DNA of 64,000 nt from a virus (Duplodnaviria > Caudoviricetes). Position 1 is the stretch's first letter, and every line of letters starts with the position of its first letter. Both the position numbers and the translations under genes were made by a program. The stretch is taken from positions 1,338 to 65,337 of IMG/VR virus record IMGVR_UViG_3300044716_000140, one strand, 5' to 3'. The notes under the pieces were generated by a model. That model saw only the letters and a program-made list of their open reading frames with translations, did no database searches and had not been told where the DNA came from. Of the stretch, positions 45,987 through 55,131 are shown piece by piece.

Positions 45987-46366
45987 GAGACACGCCAGAA
46001 ACAAAAGCATTCAAGACACGCATTCGCGGGATCGACGGAGACAAGCATTGGGTTCCTGCTGGGTTTGCGGAAATATTGGAGCGCGAGCGCGACGAGGCGC
46101 GGAAACACTTGAAAGAAATAGAGGAATACGGAACAGATGAAATCAACGCTGCCGTTGATCTTCGTCGGAACCTTGCTCAAGCTCTTGTTGACTTGGATGA
46201 TATGCAATACCAGCGAGACGAGGCGCGGGAGCAAATCAAAGAGCTAATCTATATCTCCGAACGCGCTATTGACTTGGCAGAAATAGATTTTGAAAACGAC
46301 AAGTTTGGAATCGTATCTGAACTTCGGTATGAATTAAAACAAATCATGCAGGAGGGTGCGAAATGA
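45983..46366 (+). CDS. TPET/ERDEAR coiled-coil family protein
   Basis: MRDTPET...LERERDEAR...QRDEAR...EGAK. Confidence 0.7.
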   Translation: MRDTPETKAFKTRIRGIDGDKHWVPAGFAEILERERDEARKHLKEIEEYGTDEINAAVDLRRNLAQALVDLDDMQYQRDEAREQIKELIYISERAIDLAEIDFENDKFGIVSELRYELKQIMQEGAK

Positions 46367-46620
46367 GAATAGACTACGATAAAGATCAGTTAAGTTACGC
46401 TTTGGCAAATGCGTTAAAAGAACGCGACGAGGCACGGGAAAAATACGATGCACTTGCAACCGAGCATATGCTTGTGGTTAATAAATTGTGCAAAGAACTT
46501 GACGATGCAAGGGAGGCTTTAATGAAGATTGAGGATTTATTTGTAGACGGCACAGATATTTACGCAGATAGGGAAAATATGGGACTGATTGCTAGAGCGG
46601 CATTGGAGGAGGCAAAATGA
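46363..46620 (+). CDS. ERDEAR coiled-coil family protein
   Basis: KERDEARE...ELDDARE...EEAK. Confidence 0.7.
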   Translation: MRIDYDKDQLSYALANALKERDEAREKYDALATEHMLVVNKLCKELDDAREALMKIEDLFVDGTDIYADRENMGLIARAALEEAK

Positions 46621-46859
46621 AAAAATCCGAACTATGGTCAAAATATGTTGAGAAGAATCCATCATTTGATGGGTTGGGAACAATAACAATGTCAGCAAGA
46701 GGTTTGCGTAAAATGTTTAACCAAACTTGGGACATTGCGTTTCAGTCTGGATTCAACCAAGAGTTTGAGGATGATGAGAAGGAAGATGATTATCCAGAAC
46801 CAATTAGGTATAGCGAGTCTGCAATAAACATTTTCGATACGATATTCGGAAAACGATGA
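46617..46859 (+). CDS. hypothetical protein
   Basis: ATGA coupling. Confidence 0.6.
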   Translation: MKKSELWSKYVEKNPSFDGLGTITMSARGLRKMFNQTWDIAFQSGFNQEFEDDEKEDDYPEPIRYSESAINIFDTIFGKR

Positions 46860-47023
46860 ATTCACTTGAACAATATATTGAGTATGAAAAACTTGATCCA
46901 GTTAAAGCGATGAACGCATTGCAGGATCATGGGATAATCAGCGACAATTGCATTGAAGCAAAAGATGTTATCGATGCAGGAGTTGCAGTAACTTGGCTGG
47001 ATCAAAACTTTTGGAAAATATGA
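46856..47023 (+). CDS. 55-aa hypothetical protein (absent from the ORF track)
   Basis: MNSLEQYIEYEKLDPVKAMNALQDHGIISDNC...; coupled at both ends. Confidence 0.6.
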   Translation: MNSLEQYIEYEKLDPVKAMNALQDHGIISDNCIEAKDVIDAGVAVTWLDQNFWKI

Positions 47024-47316
47024 GCGGAGGACACTTTGATTATGTGCAATATAAGTTGGAAGATATTGCTGATGAGATTGAGAGGATTGTTCAAGAGAAC
47101 GATTCTAATGAGGTCAACGAGTGGGGAGATCGTATTGGAAAGAATTATAAGGAAGAAACGCTTTACGAGTTTATGCTTGGTGTGACTTTTATTCTTACTG
47201 CTGCGACCTACATTAGGAGGATTGATTACTTGCTGTCTGGCGACGATGGCGAGGATTCGTTTCATGCGAGGCTAAACAAGGACATGGGATATGAAGAAGA
47301 ACAGGAAGAATCTTAA
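47020..47316 (+). CDS. conserved phage hypothetical protein
   Basis: MSGGHFDY...IDYLLSGDDGEDSF motif. Confidence 0.7.
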   Translation: MSGGHFDYVQYKLEDIADEIERIVQENDSNEVNEWGDRIGKNYKEETLYEFMLGVTFILTAATYIRRIDYLLSGDDGEDSFHARLNKDMGYEEEQEES

Positions 47317-47605
47317 ATCATATTTTCCCGGCAAGGACTGCAAGTGCCATGCGTATGATGCTGGAGAGTGCGGGTGTCCTGCTGACTGGACTCCAACGGA
47401 AGTTTACCAACTTCGTTATGAGAATGAGGATTTGAAATCGCTTTGCAAGGAGTTCTTGGATATTCTGAATATCGTTGAGGTAAGTGATAGCGAAAGAGAG
47501 TTTCATCCAACGCGAATTACTTCATGCCGTGTGCAGGATGGTGTAAGGATAAACAAGATTCTTGCACATATCTGTCGAATTGTGACAGATTCTTGCAAAA
47601 AGTAA
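47291..47605 (+). CDS. hypothetical protein with CxC...CxC motif
   Basis: DCKCHAYDAGECGCPADW. Confidence 0.6.
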   Translation: MKKNRKNLKSYFPGKDCKCHAYDAGECGCPADWTPTEVYQLRYENEDLKSLCKEFLDILNIVEVSDSEREFHPTRITSCRVQDGVRINKILAHICRIVTDSCKK

Positions 47606-47607
47606 CA

Positions 47608-47997
47608 ATGAAAACAAGTTTTTGGGATCATAGTGGCAAACCATCTGTTTTTGTTGTGAAAGAAAATGGCAAAGAAATTCATCGAGGCGGATTTGAGGAA
47701 GGATATAAACTTATCAATATGAGCATAGAACAAGACATCACAAGATTGACGCAGGAATGGTATGCATTGATGGGAGAAGATCATCATAAAGATCGTGACT
47801 GCCATTGGTATATTGAAACCAAGTGGAGTTATGGTCAAGTTCCAACATACTGCGTAATCCATCATGGTTATGTTTATGATCGCATCGAGGAAAACTGGAG
47901 CAGTTATGAGGGCGCATTGAATAGGTTGCGCGAAATTCTTATTGATGCTATTAAGGAGATTAATGAGTTCAGAGACAACGATCCAAACTGGAGGTAA
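47608..47997 (+). CDS. hypothetical protein
   Basis: DHHKDRDCHWYIE motif; ATG 2 nt after the upstream stop. Confidence 0.6.
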   Translation: MKTSFWDHSGKPSVFVVKENGKEIHRGGFEEGYKLINMSIEQDITRLTQEWYALMGEDHHKDRDCHWYIETKWSYGQVPTYCVIHHGYVYDRIEENWSSYEGALNRLREILIDAIKEINEFRDNDPNWR

Positions 47998-47998
47998 A

Positions 47999-48154
47999 AT
48001 GACAAGAGCAGAAGCACAACGGAAATCAAACGATAAATATATGTCTGGAAAAATTACCAGAGAAGAATGGAGTAAAGAGTTTGATGATTTGTCAAATGTC
48101 CGAATTTGGTTAGCAGACGGGAGGATTGAAAATGGAAGCAAAAGCAACTCTTGA
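47999..48154 (+). CDS. small hypothetical protein
   Basis: GGAGG upstream of the ATG. Confidence 0.5.
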   Translation: MTRAEAQRKSNDKYMSGKITREEWSKEFDDLSNVRIWLADGRIENGSKSNS

Positions 48155-48398
48155 ATTTAACTTGCCAGAGCAGGAGTGGGATTTTAAATACGCTTGTGCT
48201 GGATTGGATGCGCTATTGACACTGAACGACATTGATCAGGAGCTTCGGTCAGCGGTGCGTTACCATACTGGCGAATTTACGCATTACATTGACGAGGAAA
48301 CTGGCGAGCGGAAGTTTTGCTGCAATGATACATTGCATCATGTTCGCAAGGTTATAAACGAAATGGTTCACGAACGAAAATTGCCAGAACTAATTTGA
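48132..48398 (+). CDS. conserved phage hypothetical protein
   Basis: KATLEFNLPE...IDQELRS motif. Confidence 0.65.
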   Translation: MEAKATLEFNLPEQEWDFKYACAGLDALLTLNDIDQELRSAVRYHTGEFTHYIDEETGERKFCCNDTLHHVRKVINEMVHERKLPELI

Positions 48399-51238
48399 CA
48401 GCAGATGTTAAAAACGCAATCGCCTTGGCAGAAAAAATTCGTGCCGAGGTTGATAACGCGACTGATGAAGATCGCGGGATATTGCTTGCCGCAAAGTATA
48501 TTATAACAAATGTTTCAAATACAACTGGCAACTTTAAATTAGACCTACCATTTGCAAAGAGTGTTGTATTGCAGTTTGTAAACGAACTGCTTAACAAAGA
48601 TCAATTTGAGGCAGCGGCAACTGTCTTGTGGGGGCAACAAGTTTACGACTGGCGACCACAATCTTCGATGGATACATGGAGATGCTTATTTGATCATGAT
48701 AAGTTGCTTATTCAGGGTGCTGGAGCGATGGGAAAAACATTTGGCGCAGCGGCATGGTTTCTGCTGGACTGGATGCGTGACCCTCACTACACTTGCATTA
48801 AAGTTGTTTCACTTACTGCTGAACACGCTCAACGCAACGTATTTGCTGCTATTAAAAAGTTTTATACGACTGCATTGGTAAGACCAGAATTTGATGGAAG
48901 CGAAACGCTTGTAAAAAGCATACAGGCAAATAATGACTCAAAGAACGGAATTCATCTTGTAGCTATCCCAAAGGGTGATAGCGGAACTGGAACTTTGCGT
49001 GGTTTCCATCCAAGTCCAAGAGCAGGCAAGCCACATCCAACATTTGGACAAATGTCCAGAACTCATGTTGTGCTGGACGAAGCGGAAGAAGTTCCTGCTG
49101 GCGTTTGGGAAGGTTTGCAAAACATCTTGTCCGCAGCGGATACGGAAGGCGCAAAAGGACGCATTAAAATTTTTGCTGCGAGCAACCCAAAGGATAGGAC
49201 AAGCGAGTTTGGCAAGCGGTGCGAACCAGAGCGAGGTTGGGGATCGGTGGATTGCGAGGATGACTTTGAATGGGAGTCACGCGATGGTTGGCACGTATTG
49301 CGCCTTGATGCCGCACGATGCGAAAACGTCATTGAGCAGAAAATTGTTTTTCCCGGCTTGCAGACTAACGAAGGCTACACGGCATACGAAGCGAAAGGAA
49401 GAACCGCTGAATATTACTGTGCCGACACAGAGACGGAGGTTTTATCAAAGCGTGGATGGTTGAAGCACGATCAACTTAATGTTGGAGATACGATTTATAC
49501 TGTAAATATTGATACTGGTTTTGCAGAGTGGCAAGATGTTAATGAGGTATTTGCGAAACATTATGATGGAAATCTTGTGTCTATGGAGAGCCGCCACATT
49601 TCTGCTCTTGTTACTCCAAATCATAGGTGGGCGACAACAAATAAACAGATACTCAAAACAAAGAAAAATTTTCGCTTTAAAATCAAAGAAACATCAAATC
49701 TTGCAAAGCATGACATGATTCCGCTTTGCAGAAAATCTATTGATAATGAAAAAATATATGATGAAGATTTTGCAGAACTAATTGGATGGATTGTTACAGA
49801 TGGAAGTTTTAGTGAATACAATAGAGTTTTTATTTACCAATCTCAAAAAGCAAATCCACATAAATGCGATAAAATACGAGAACTTTTAATTAAATTGAGA
49901 CATCCATTCCAAGAAGAAGAATATAATGGAATGATTCATTTCAAATTTGCGAATAATCTTGGAAGAATGGTTAAAGAAGCAATTCCTAATAAAAAACTAA
50001 CAATTAATTTTATTGAAAAGCTAAACAATGATGGAAGGCGCAAACTTTTCGAGTCAATGGTTCTTGGTGATGGTGGAATTCAAGGTGGTAGCACAAAATA
50101 CATTTGCACCAAAGATAAAAAGCAAGCTGAAGTTTATTCAATTTTGATAAACAGACTTGGGATGGCAAGCCGAATACACGAAAGGTTTGTTAAAGGTAAT
50201 TTTATCAAACAAACAAATTATCAATCTAAAGGCTGCACAATGTATTATGTTGATGCATTGGAAACCAAAAATGTTCGTGTTCAATACATGAACATGAAAG
50301 AAGTTCCATACTCTGGAGTTGTTTGGTGTCCAAGAACAGACAACCAAACATTTTTTGCAAGAAGGGATGGAAAGTGTTATTTTACTGGGAACACAATGGC
50401 GCGTGGTTGGTTCCCGCAGGAAGGTATCAGCATGGCAATAATTACACCATCGATGCTTGATAACGCGATGGGTAACGTGCGGTTTATTGGGCCTGTAGTG
50501 CCTCTGGCAGCGTTTGACTTGGCATTGGAAGGCAATGATAGCGTTGTGTGTTCTTTCGGAAGATTTGGACTTTGTGATGGGTGGACACCGATGAGTGGTC
50601 AGTTTATTCCTTTCAAGACTCCGAGAACAGTATTGCAACTTGATTCGCAGATGACATTTCCGAAGGCGGCAACGCTGGAGCAAACTTACAACATTATTAA
50701 GTTTTGTAAGAACATGAAGATTTCTCCGAACTGGTTGTGCGTTGACCGAACTGGAAATGGCGCAGGAATCCATGACTCGCTGAAAACCTTGTTTGGTGAT
50801 GAAGTTCTTGGCGTAAACTATTCTTGGGCGGCAACGGACACGCATATCCTCGGAGATGATTCACAGAAGGCGAGCGAGCTTTACAACGGAGTGGTTACTG
50901 AATTGTTGTTTGGATTATCCAAGTATCTTGAGTTTGAATACCTCAAAATATCACCGGGATTCCGCAACGATCAACTTGTGCGTCAAGCAACTGGAAGACG
51001 CTATATGCAAAAAGGTAAGGGCATGGTGCGTGTAGAAAGTAAAAAAGATTATGTTAAGCGGACACGGCAACCATCACCAGATGCTTTGGACTCGCTTTCA
51101 ATGCTGGTATTTCTTATGCGACAACGCGCAGGCTCAACTGCGACTATGGTAGAAAACAAAAAAGAAACTCCGCGATTAATGGATCGTGAAATGTTCTCTA
51201 TCGTGGATAAGATACAATTTATTGATTTTAGCGAATAA
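48395..51238 (+). CDS. terL: terminase large subunit with intein (622 aa after splicing)
   Basis: Walker A GAGAMGKT, Walker B VVLDEAEE, ASNP; nuclease AFDLALEGND, VDRTGNG, SPDALD. Confidence 0.92.
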   Translation: MTADVKNAIALAEKIRAEVDNATDEDRGILLAAKYIITNVSNTTGNFKLDLPFAKSVVLQFVNELLNKDQFEAAATVLWGQQVYDWRPQSSMDTWRCLFDHDKLLIQGAGAMGKTFGAAAWFLLDWMRDPHYTCIKVVSLTAEHAQRNVFAAIKKFYTTALVRPEFDGSETLVKSIQANNDSKNGIHLVAIPKGDSGTGTLRGFHPSPRAGKPHPTFGQMSRTHVVLDEAEEVPAGVWEGLQNILSAADTEGAKGRIKIFAASNPKDRTSEFGKRCEPERGWGSVDCEDDFEWESRDGWHVLRLDAARCENVIEQKIVFPGLQTNEGYTAYEAKGRTAEYYCADTETEVLSKRGWLKHDQLNVGDTIYTVNIDTGFAEWQDVNEVFAKHYDGNLVSMESRHISALVTPNHRWATTNKQILKTKKNFRFKIKETSNLAKHDMIPLCRKSIDNEKIYDEDFAELIGWIVTDGSFSEYNRVFIYQSQKANPHKCDKIRELLIKLRHPFQEEEYNGMIHFKFANNLGRMVKEAIPNKKLTINFIEKLNNDGRRKLFESMVLGDGGIQGGSTKYICTKDKKQAEVYSILINRLGMASRIHERFVKGNFIKQTNYQSKGCTMYYVDALETKNVRVQYMNMKEVPYSGVVWCPRTDNQTFFARRDGKCYFTGNTMARGWFPQEGISMAIITPSMLDNAMGNVRFIGPVVPLAAFDLALEGNDSVVCSFGRFGLCDGWTPMSGQFIPFKTPRTVLQLDSQMTFPKAATLEQTYNIIKFCKNMKISPNWLCVDRTGNGAGIHDSLKTLFGDEVLGVNYSWAATDTHILGDDSQKASELYNGVVTELLFGLSKYLEFEYLKISPGFRNDQLVRQATGRRYMQKGKGMVRVESKKDYVKRTRQPSPDALDSLSMLVFLMRQRAGSTATMVENKKETPRLMDREMFSIVDKIQFIDFSE
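49418..50392 (+). mobile_element. intein (325 aa) with LAGLIDADG homing endonuclease, in TerL
   Basis: Y|CADTETEVLSKRGW; VTPNHRW; IGWIVTDG and MVLGDG; VWCPRTDNQTFFARRDGKCYFTGN|T. Confidence 0.93.
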
Positions 51239-51388
51239 ATGAAACATATCAAAATTAGCGTATAATCAAGTGTGGTTTGATTTATTTATCAAATATGATG
51301 CACTAAGTGGTGATTGTTTGCTTTATTTATCATAAAAGATAAATTATGCTTGCAAGATTTTAAAATTTAAATTAAAGAACACAAAATT

Positions 51389-51973
51389 ATGGCAAAACCT
51401 ATTATTGGAATGATACCTCCCGGTGGATGGCACTACATGGAAGGAGATGTGAAATTGACATCTCATTCTTATGAAAATCTTTTGACAACAGTTCAAAATT
51501 ATCGTGCGGAAAATCATTTGCCAATTGGCGATGTCGAGGGCGATGTAAGCAGTTATCTCTGTTCTAACTGGCCTAATTTTTGTCATGGAGTTGACATGGT
51601 TGTTGTGACTTCAGTCCATCCAGAAACAAGTCAGCAAACTTTGTTAAACGACATCACTGTTTGGGCAAAAAACATTTTGAATTCTGGCAAGAAAAATTTG
51701 CTCGTTTCTGACGAATTGGCTGAACAACGAGCGCAAGTTTGCAAGGCTTGTCCAGAAAATAAATCGTGGAAATCGGGTTGTGCTTCATGCGTTTCTGCTG
51801 CTGAACGTGTGTCTGCCAGTATCAGAAATGGCAAAGATACAGAGACATCAGTAAAACTTGGAGGTTGCAATGTAATGCGACACGATAATCGCAGTGCAGT
51901 ATTCATGTTCAAAAAACAATTTTCATCAGCATCAAATACACCTAAAGATTGTTGGATCAATTTGAATAAATAA
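51389..51973 (+). CDS. Cys-rich head-module protein
   Basis: RAQVCKACPEN...GCASC...GGCNV...DCW; lies between terL and portal. Confidence 0.7.
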   Translation: MAKPIIGMIPPGGWHYMEGDVKLTSHSYENLLTTVQNYRAENHLPIGDVEGDVSSYLCSNWPNFCHGVDMVVVTSVHPETSQQTLLNDITVWAKNILNSGKKNLLVSDELAEQRAQVCKACPENKSWKSGCASCVSAAERVSASIRNGKDTETSVKLGGCNVMRHDNRSAVFMFKKQFSSASNTPKDCWINLNK

Positions 51974-51983
51974 AAAATAAATT

Positions 51984-54401
51984 ATGGCTGACGTATTAAA
52001 ACCGTTACCAGCAATAGTAACAGATACCTATGCGACAAAATCTCCTCGCATTACTAACGCTTATGACAAACCTCGCATTCTTGATTTGGATGTTATTGAT
52101 CCCGCTGTTGGGAATAATGATGTTGTCAATAAAGATACTTTGCAGGTTAAGCGAACATTTAAAGATGCCTCGCAAGCTCACTCTGCGTATCGCAGGCTTA
52201 AGCAGCAGAATGTCGAGAGGAACAGAAAAAACCAACTGATCCAAAAGAAGCTCAACAATGAGCCTCCATACGCTGCGAAGAAGCTGGAAAGCATGGGTCA
52301 AAATTGGCGTTCTAATCGTCCTACTGGTTTTCTTTCCACGATGGTTAGTCGAATTCAACCTCCTTTTAGGCAGGTCATCGAGCAGGCTACAACTCTCACC
52401 TTCTCCAAGTATCCAGTTGAAGGAGTAGACGCAGAAAACAAGACAAAAGTTTTCCGCGAAGAGATTACCAAGTGCATCCGTGGTTGGAGTGGTCACGATG
52501 ACATTGTGGCACAAGTTGTCCATGAAAATACCACATTTGGATTTTGTGGTCTATGTTGGGACGATTTGCGCGATTGGAAACCAGAATTTTTGCGCCAAGA
52601 TTATACGTTCTTTTCCATTGAAACTCCACAGGAGGTTGACGCAACTCCAATTTGGGCGCGTAAACGCCGATACCAGATCGCGGAATTACTTCCAGTGCTT
52701 GAAGACCCGCAGATGGCAGCAATGGCAGGCTGGCATATCAAGAATCTTATTAAGTCAATAAACAACGCAATTCCCGCTGGTAGAACTCTGGATTCTGATG
52801 ATGATGCTCGTCGATACGAGGATTGGATTCGTGAAGGATCGTATGGCGCAAGCTACGAAAATGACGCGAAGTATGTTGAGCTTGGCGAGTTGTTGGTAAA
52901 AGAACCGCACGGCAAGATTAGCCGCTTTCTTTTTGACGATAAAAGCGGAGACGAGATTTGCACACAGATTGACCGATACAACGCAATGAGCGAATGCCTC
53001 GCATTGTTTGCTATCGAGATTGGCAACGGCAACTTGATGGGTTCCCGTGGTGCGGGACGTGATTTATATAATACCCATATTGCAGTTGACAAAGCTCGAA
53101 ATCTTGTTGTGGACAATGTTTACCTCAAGGGAATGCTGTTGCTCAAGAAAGGCCCGAATGCAAAGGCAGGCGCAGCACCATTAACTGTCCATCATCCTAT
53201 CTGCTATATCGCGGAAGGATATGAAGTCATCCCGCAGAATCTTCCAGCGGATGTTGATGATTTCCTGCGACTGGATCAATTTATCTCTGGACTTGCTGAA
53301 ATTCAAGTTGGCACGTTCCTCCCCGGAATGCCAATGGAAGCGCAAGGCAGTAATCGCACCGCATCTGAAGTCAATCGCGTTGCTGCTATCGAGAACCAAC
53401 TTCGTGAAGGCATTTTGATGCGTTGGACAAAACAATACTCCAAGGCAGTTGAGCGTATGCAGCGAGGTATCTGTCACCCAGAACACGTCAAGGCTGCTGC
53501 CGAACTTAAAACTCGTCTTGACATCGCTCGTCAAATGGTTCCAAGCGCGACATGGGCAAGGCGTGAAGTTGTTGATGCCTTTGATCGGTCTGTCATGGAT
53601 TTGCCATCGTTCCTTGTTCCTTTCGAGATTCCAGAGCATCTGGATGAAGACGCAATTTTCTGCTGCTTGAATATGTTGGAGCGTAACCTACCTCCTGCTG
53701 ACATCCTGCTCATGGCATATAGTCCAGCGGAAGAACTCTTGCCTGACACGCAGGCGCAGGACAACGCGATGCTTGATCTGATGATCCAGCGTTACATGGG
53801 AAATCCGCAAGTCAACCAAGACGAGTTGCTGAAGCTCGATTGGTCACGCAAGATGGGTGAAAGCATTGCCAACCAAGTTATTCTTCCGAAAGATCAGGTT
53901 GAGGCACTTGCAATTGAAGCTACTCGCCAACAGATTATCGAGTTGCAATCTATCATTGCTGGTCAAGACGTTCCTGTATCTCCGAGAGACAATGACATCG
54001 TTCACCTTGACACGATGGCGCAAAAGCTCATGCCGCTTATTGAGCAAGCTCCCGCTGGCGCGTTGCCTCCAGAAATGGTTGCGCCATTTATGAAGGCGTT
54101 GCAGCATTTTATGATGCACATTGGACAGGCTGAAGCTAAAGGCGCAAACTCGCAGCAAGTGACGCAATACAAGCAAGCGGCAAAGCAAGCGTTTGATCAT
54201 CTCACAGCGGGTCACGGAACGCCACCACCAGAAGAGTTGCAACCAGCAGCAGGCGCAGGATTGCCGTCTGGTGGAGGTGGACGCAGGCCAGTTGTTGCAC
54301 AGGCAAGGGCTATTGGCGAAATGACAGAGCAAGCAGCACCAACACAACTTGGAACGATTAACGCAATCGCTAATCCTCCGAAACCAGTTACAGCAGGATA
54401 A
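51984..54401 (+). CDS. portal protein
   Basis: 805 aa after terL and before scaffold and capsid; NRTASEV motif typical of podoviral portals. Confidence 0.75.
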   Translation: MADVLKPLPAIVTDTYATKSPRITNAYDKPRILDLDVIDPAVGNNDVVNKDTLQVKRTFKDASQAHSAYRRLKQQNVERNRKNQLIQKKLNNEPPYAAKKLESMGQNWRSNRPTGFLSTMVSRIQPPFRQVIEQATTLTFSKYPVEGVDAENKTKVFREEITKCIRGWSGHDDIVAQVVHENTTFGFCGLCWDDLRDWKPEFLRQDYTFFSIETPQEVDATPIWARKRRYQIAELLPVLEDPQMAAMAGWHIKNLIKSINNAIPAGRTLDSDDDARRYEDWIREGSYGASYENDAKYVELGELLVKEPHGKISRFLFDDKSGDEICTQIDRYNAMSECLALFAIEIGNGNLMGSRGAGRDLYNTHIAVDKARNLVVDNVYLKGMLLLKKGPNAKAGAAPLTVHHPICYIAEGYEVIPQNLPADVDDFLRLDQFISGLAEIQVGTFLPGMPMEAQGSNRTASEVNRVAAIENQLREGILMRWTKQYSKAVERMQRGICHPEHVKAAAELKTRLDIARQMVPSATWARREVVDAFDRSVMDLPSFLVPFEIPEHLDEDAIFCCLNMLERNLPPADILLMAYSPAEELLPDTQAQDNAMLDLMIQRYMGNPQVNQDELLKLDWSRKMGESIANQVILPKDQVEALAIEATRQQIIELQSIIAGQDVPVSPRDNDIVHLDTMAQKLMPLIEQAPAGALPPEMVAPFMKALQHFMMHIGQAEAKGANSQQVTQYKQAAKQAFDHLTAGHGTPPPEELQPAAGAGLPSGGGGRRPVVAQARAIGEMTEQAAPTQLGTINAIANPPKPVTAG

Positions 54402-54420
54402 ACAAAAACAAAATAACACT

Positions 54421-54678
54421 ATGGGCGGATCAAACTCACAAGCACTGAAGAACTACAAAAAATACGCGATGGAAGTAGCGCAACCAGATCGCGGAGATGG
54501 GATGTCTCAAGAAACAGCAGACGCATACGCTAAATTTGACAATAACTCATCTACTCCTAACGCATTTGGACGCGATGCAAAAAAAGTTGATCCAGCGTCC
54601 GTTATTAAAAAAGAAGATATTAATTTGACTAAAAAGCCAATGTCGTCGTATGATGCCATTGACGCAGGATTGCGATAA
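54421..54678 (+). CDS. hypothetical protein starting MGGSNS
   Basis: ATG follows an A-rich leader. Its C-terminus YDAIDAGL resembles the scaffold end SDAIDLGL. Confidence 0.65.
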   Translation: MGGSNSQALKNYKKYAMEVAQPDRGDGMSQETADAYAKFDNNSSTPNAFGRDAKKVDPASVIKKEDINLTKKPMSSYDAIDAGLR

Positions 54679-54711
54679 GCTATCTTGCAATAAACAAATA
54701 CATAACAAATT

Positions 54712-54951
54712 ATGAAGTGGACAAGCGCAGATAGCGTTACCTTACGGGAATATTTAAATAAATCTGGAAATAAATTGATAGAATATTACCGCTCGCGCAT
54801 TCCGTTGTGCGATGGTAAATCTATTGAGGAAGTTGCGTTGCAAGCAAAGTTTAAAGAAGGTTTTGAATTCGCCATTCGAGAACTGCAAACGCTCGCTTTT
54901 GAAATTGAAGAAAACCAAGACGCAACATCTGGTAATTTTACCGCAATGTAA
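54712..54951 (+). CDS. hypothetical head-module protein
   Basis: Small helical ORF after the portal. Confidence 0.65.
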   Translation: MKWTSADSVTLREYLNKSGNKLIEYYRSRIPLCDGKSIEEVALQAKFKEGFEFAIRELQTLAFEIEENQDATSGNFTAM

Positions 54952-54974
54952 AAATACATAGTTTCAGTAAATAT

Positions 54975-55130
54975 ATGAGAAAAAAACAACAAGGATTGTG
55001 GGCTAACATCCACGCAAAACGTGAACGCATCGCTGCTGGTAGTGGCGAGAAAATGAGGAAAGTTGGAAGCAAAGGCGCACCTACCGCAAAGGCAATTAAA
55101 CAATCAGCGACAACAGAAAAAAAGAAATAA
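54975..55130 (+). CDS. 51-aa basic phage protein (absent from the ORF track)
   Basis: GLWANIHAKRERIAAGSGEKMRKVGSKGAPTAKAIKQSA, a recurrent motif in aquatic phages. Confidence 0.75.
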   Translation: MRKKQQGLWANIHAKRERIAAGSGEKMRKVGSKGAPTAKAIKQSATTEKKK

Positions 55131-55131
55131 T

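Noticed and set aside
51255-51335. Imperfect duplicated AAGTG...TTTG.TTTATTTATCA after terL
   Set aside because: Only two degenerate AT-rich copies; no function can be supported.
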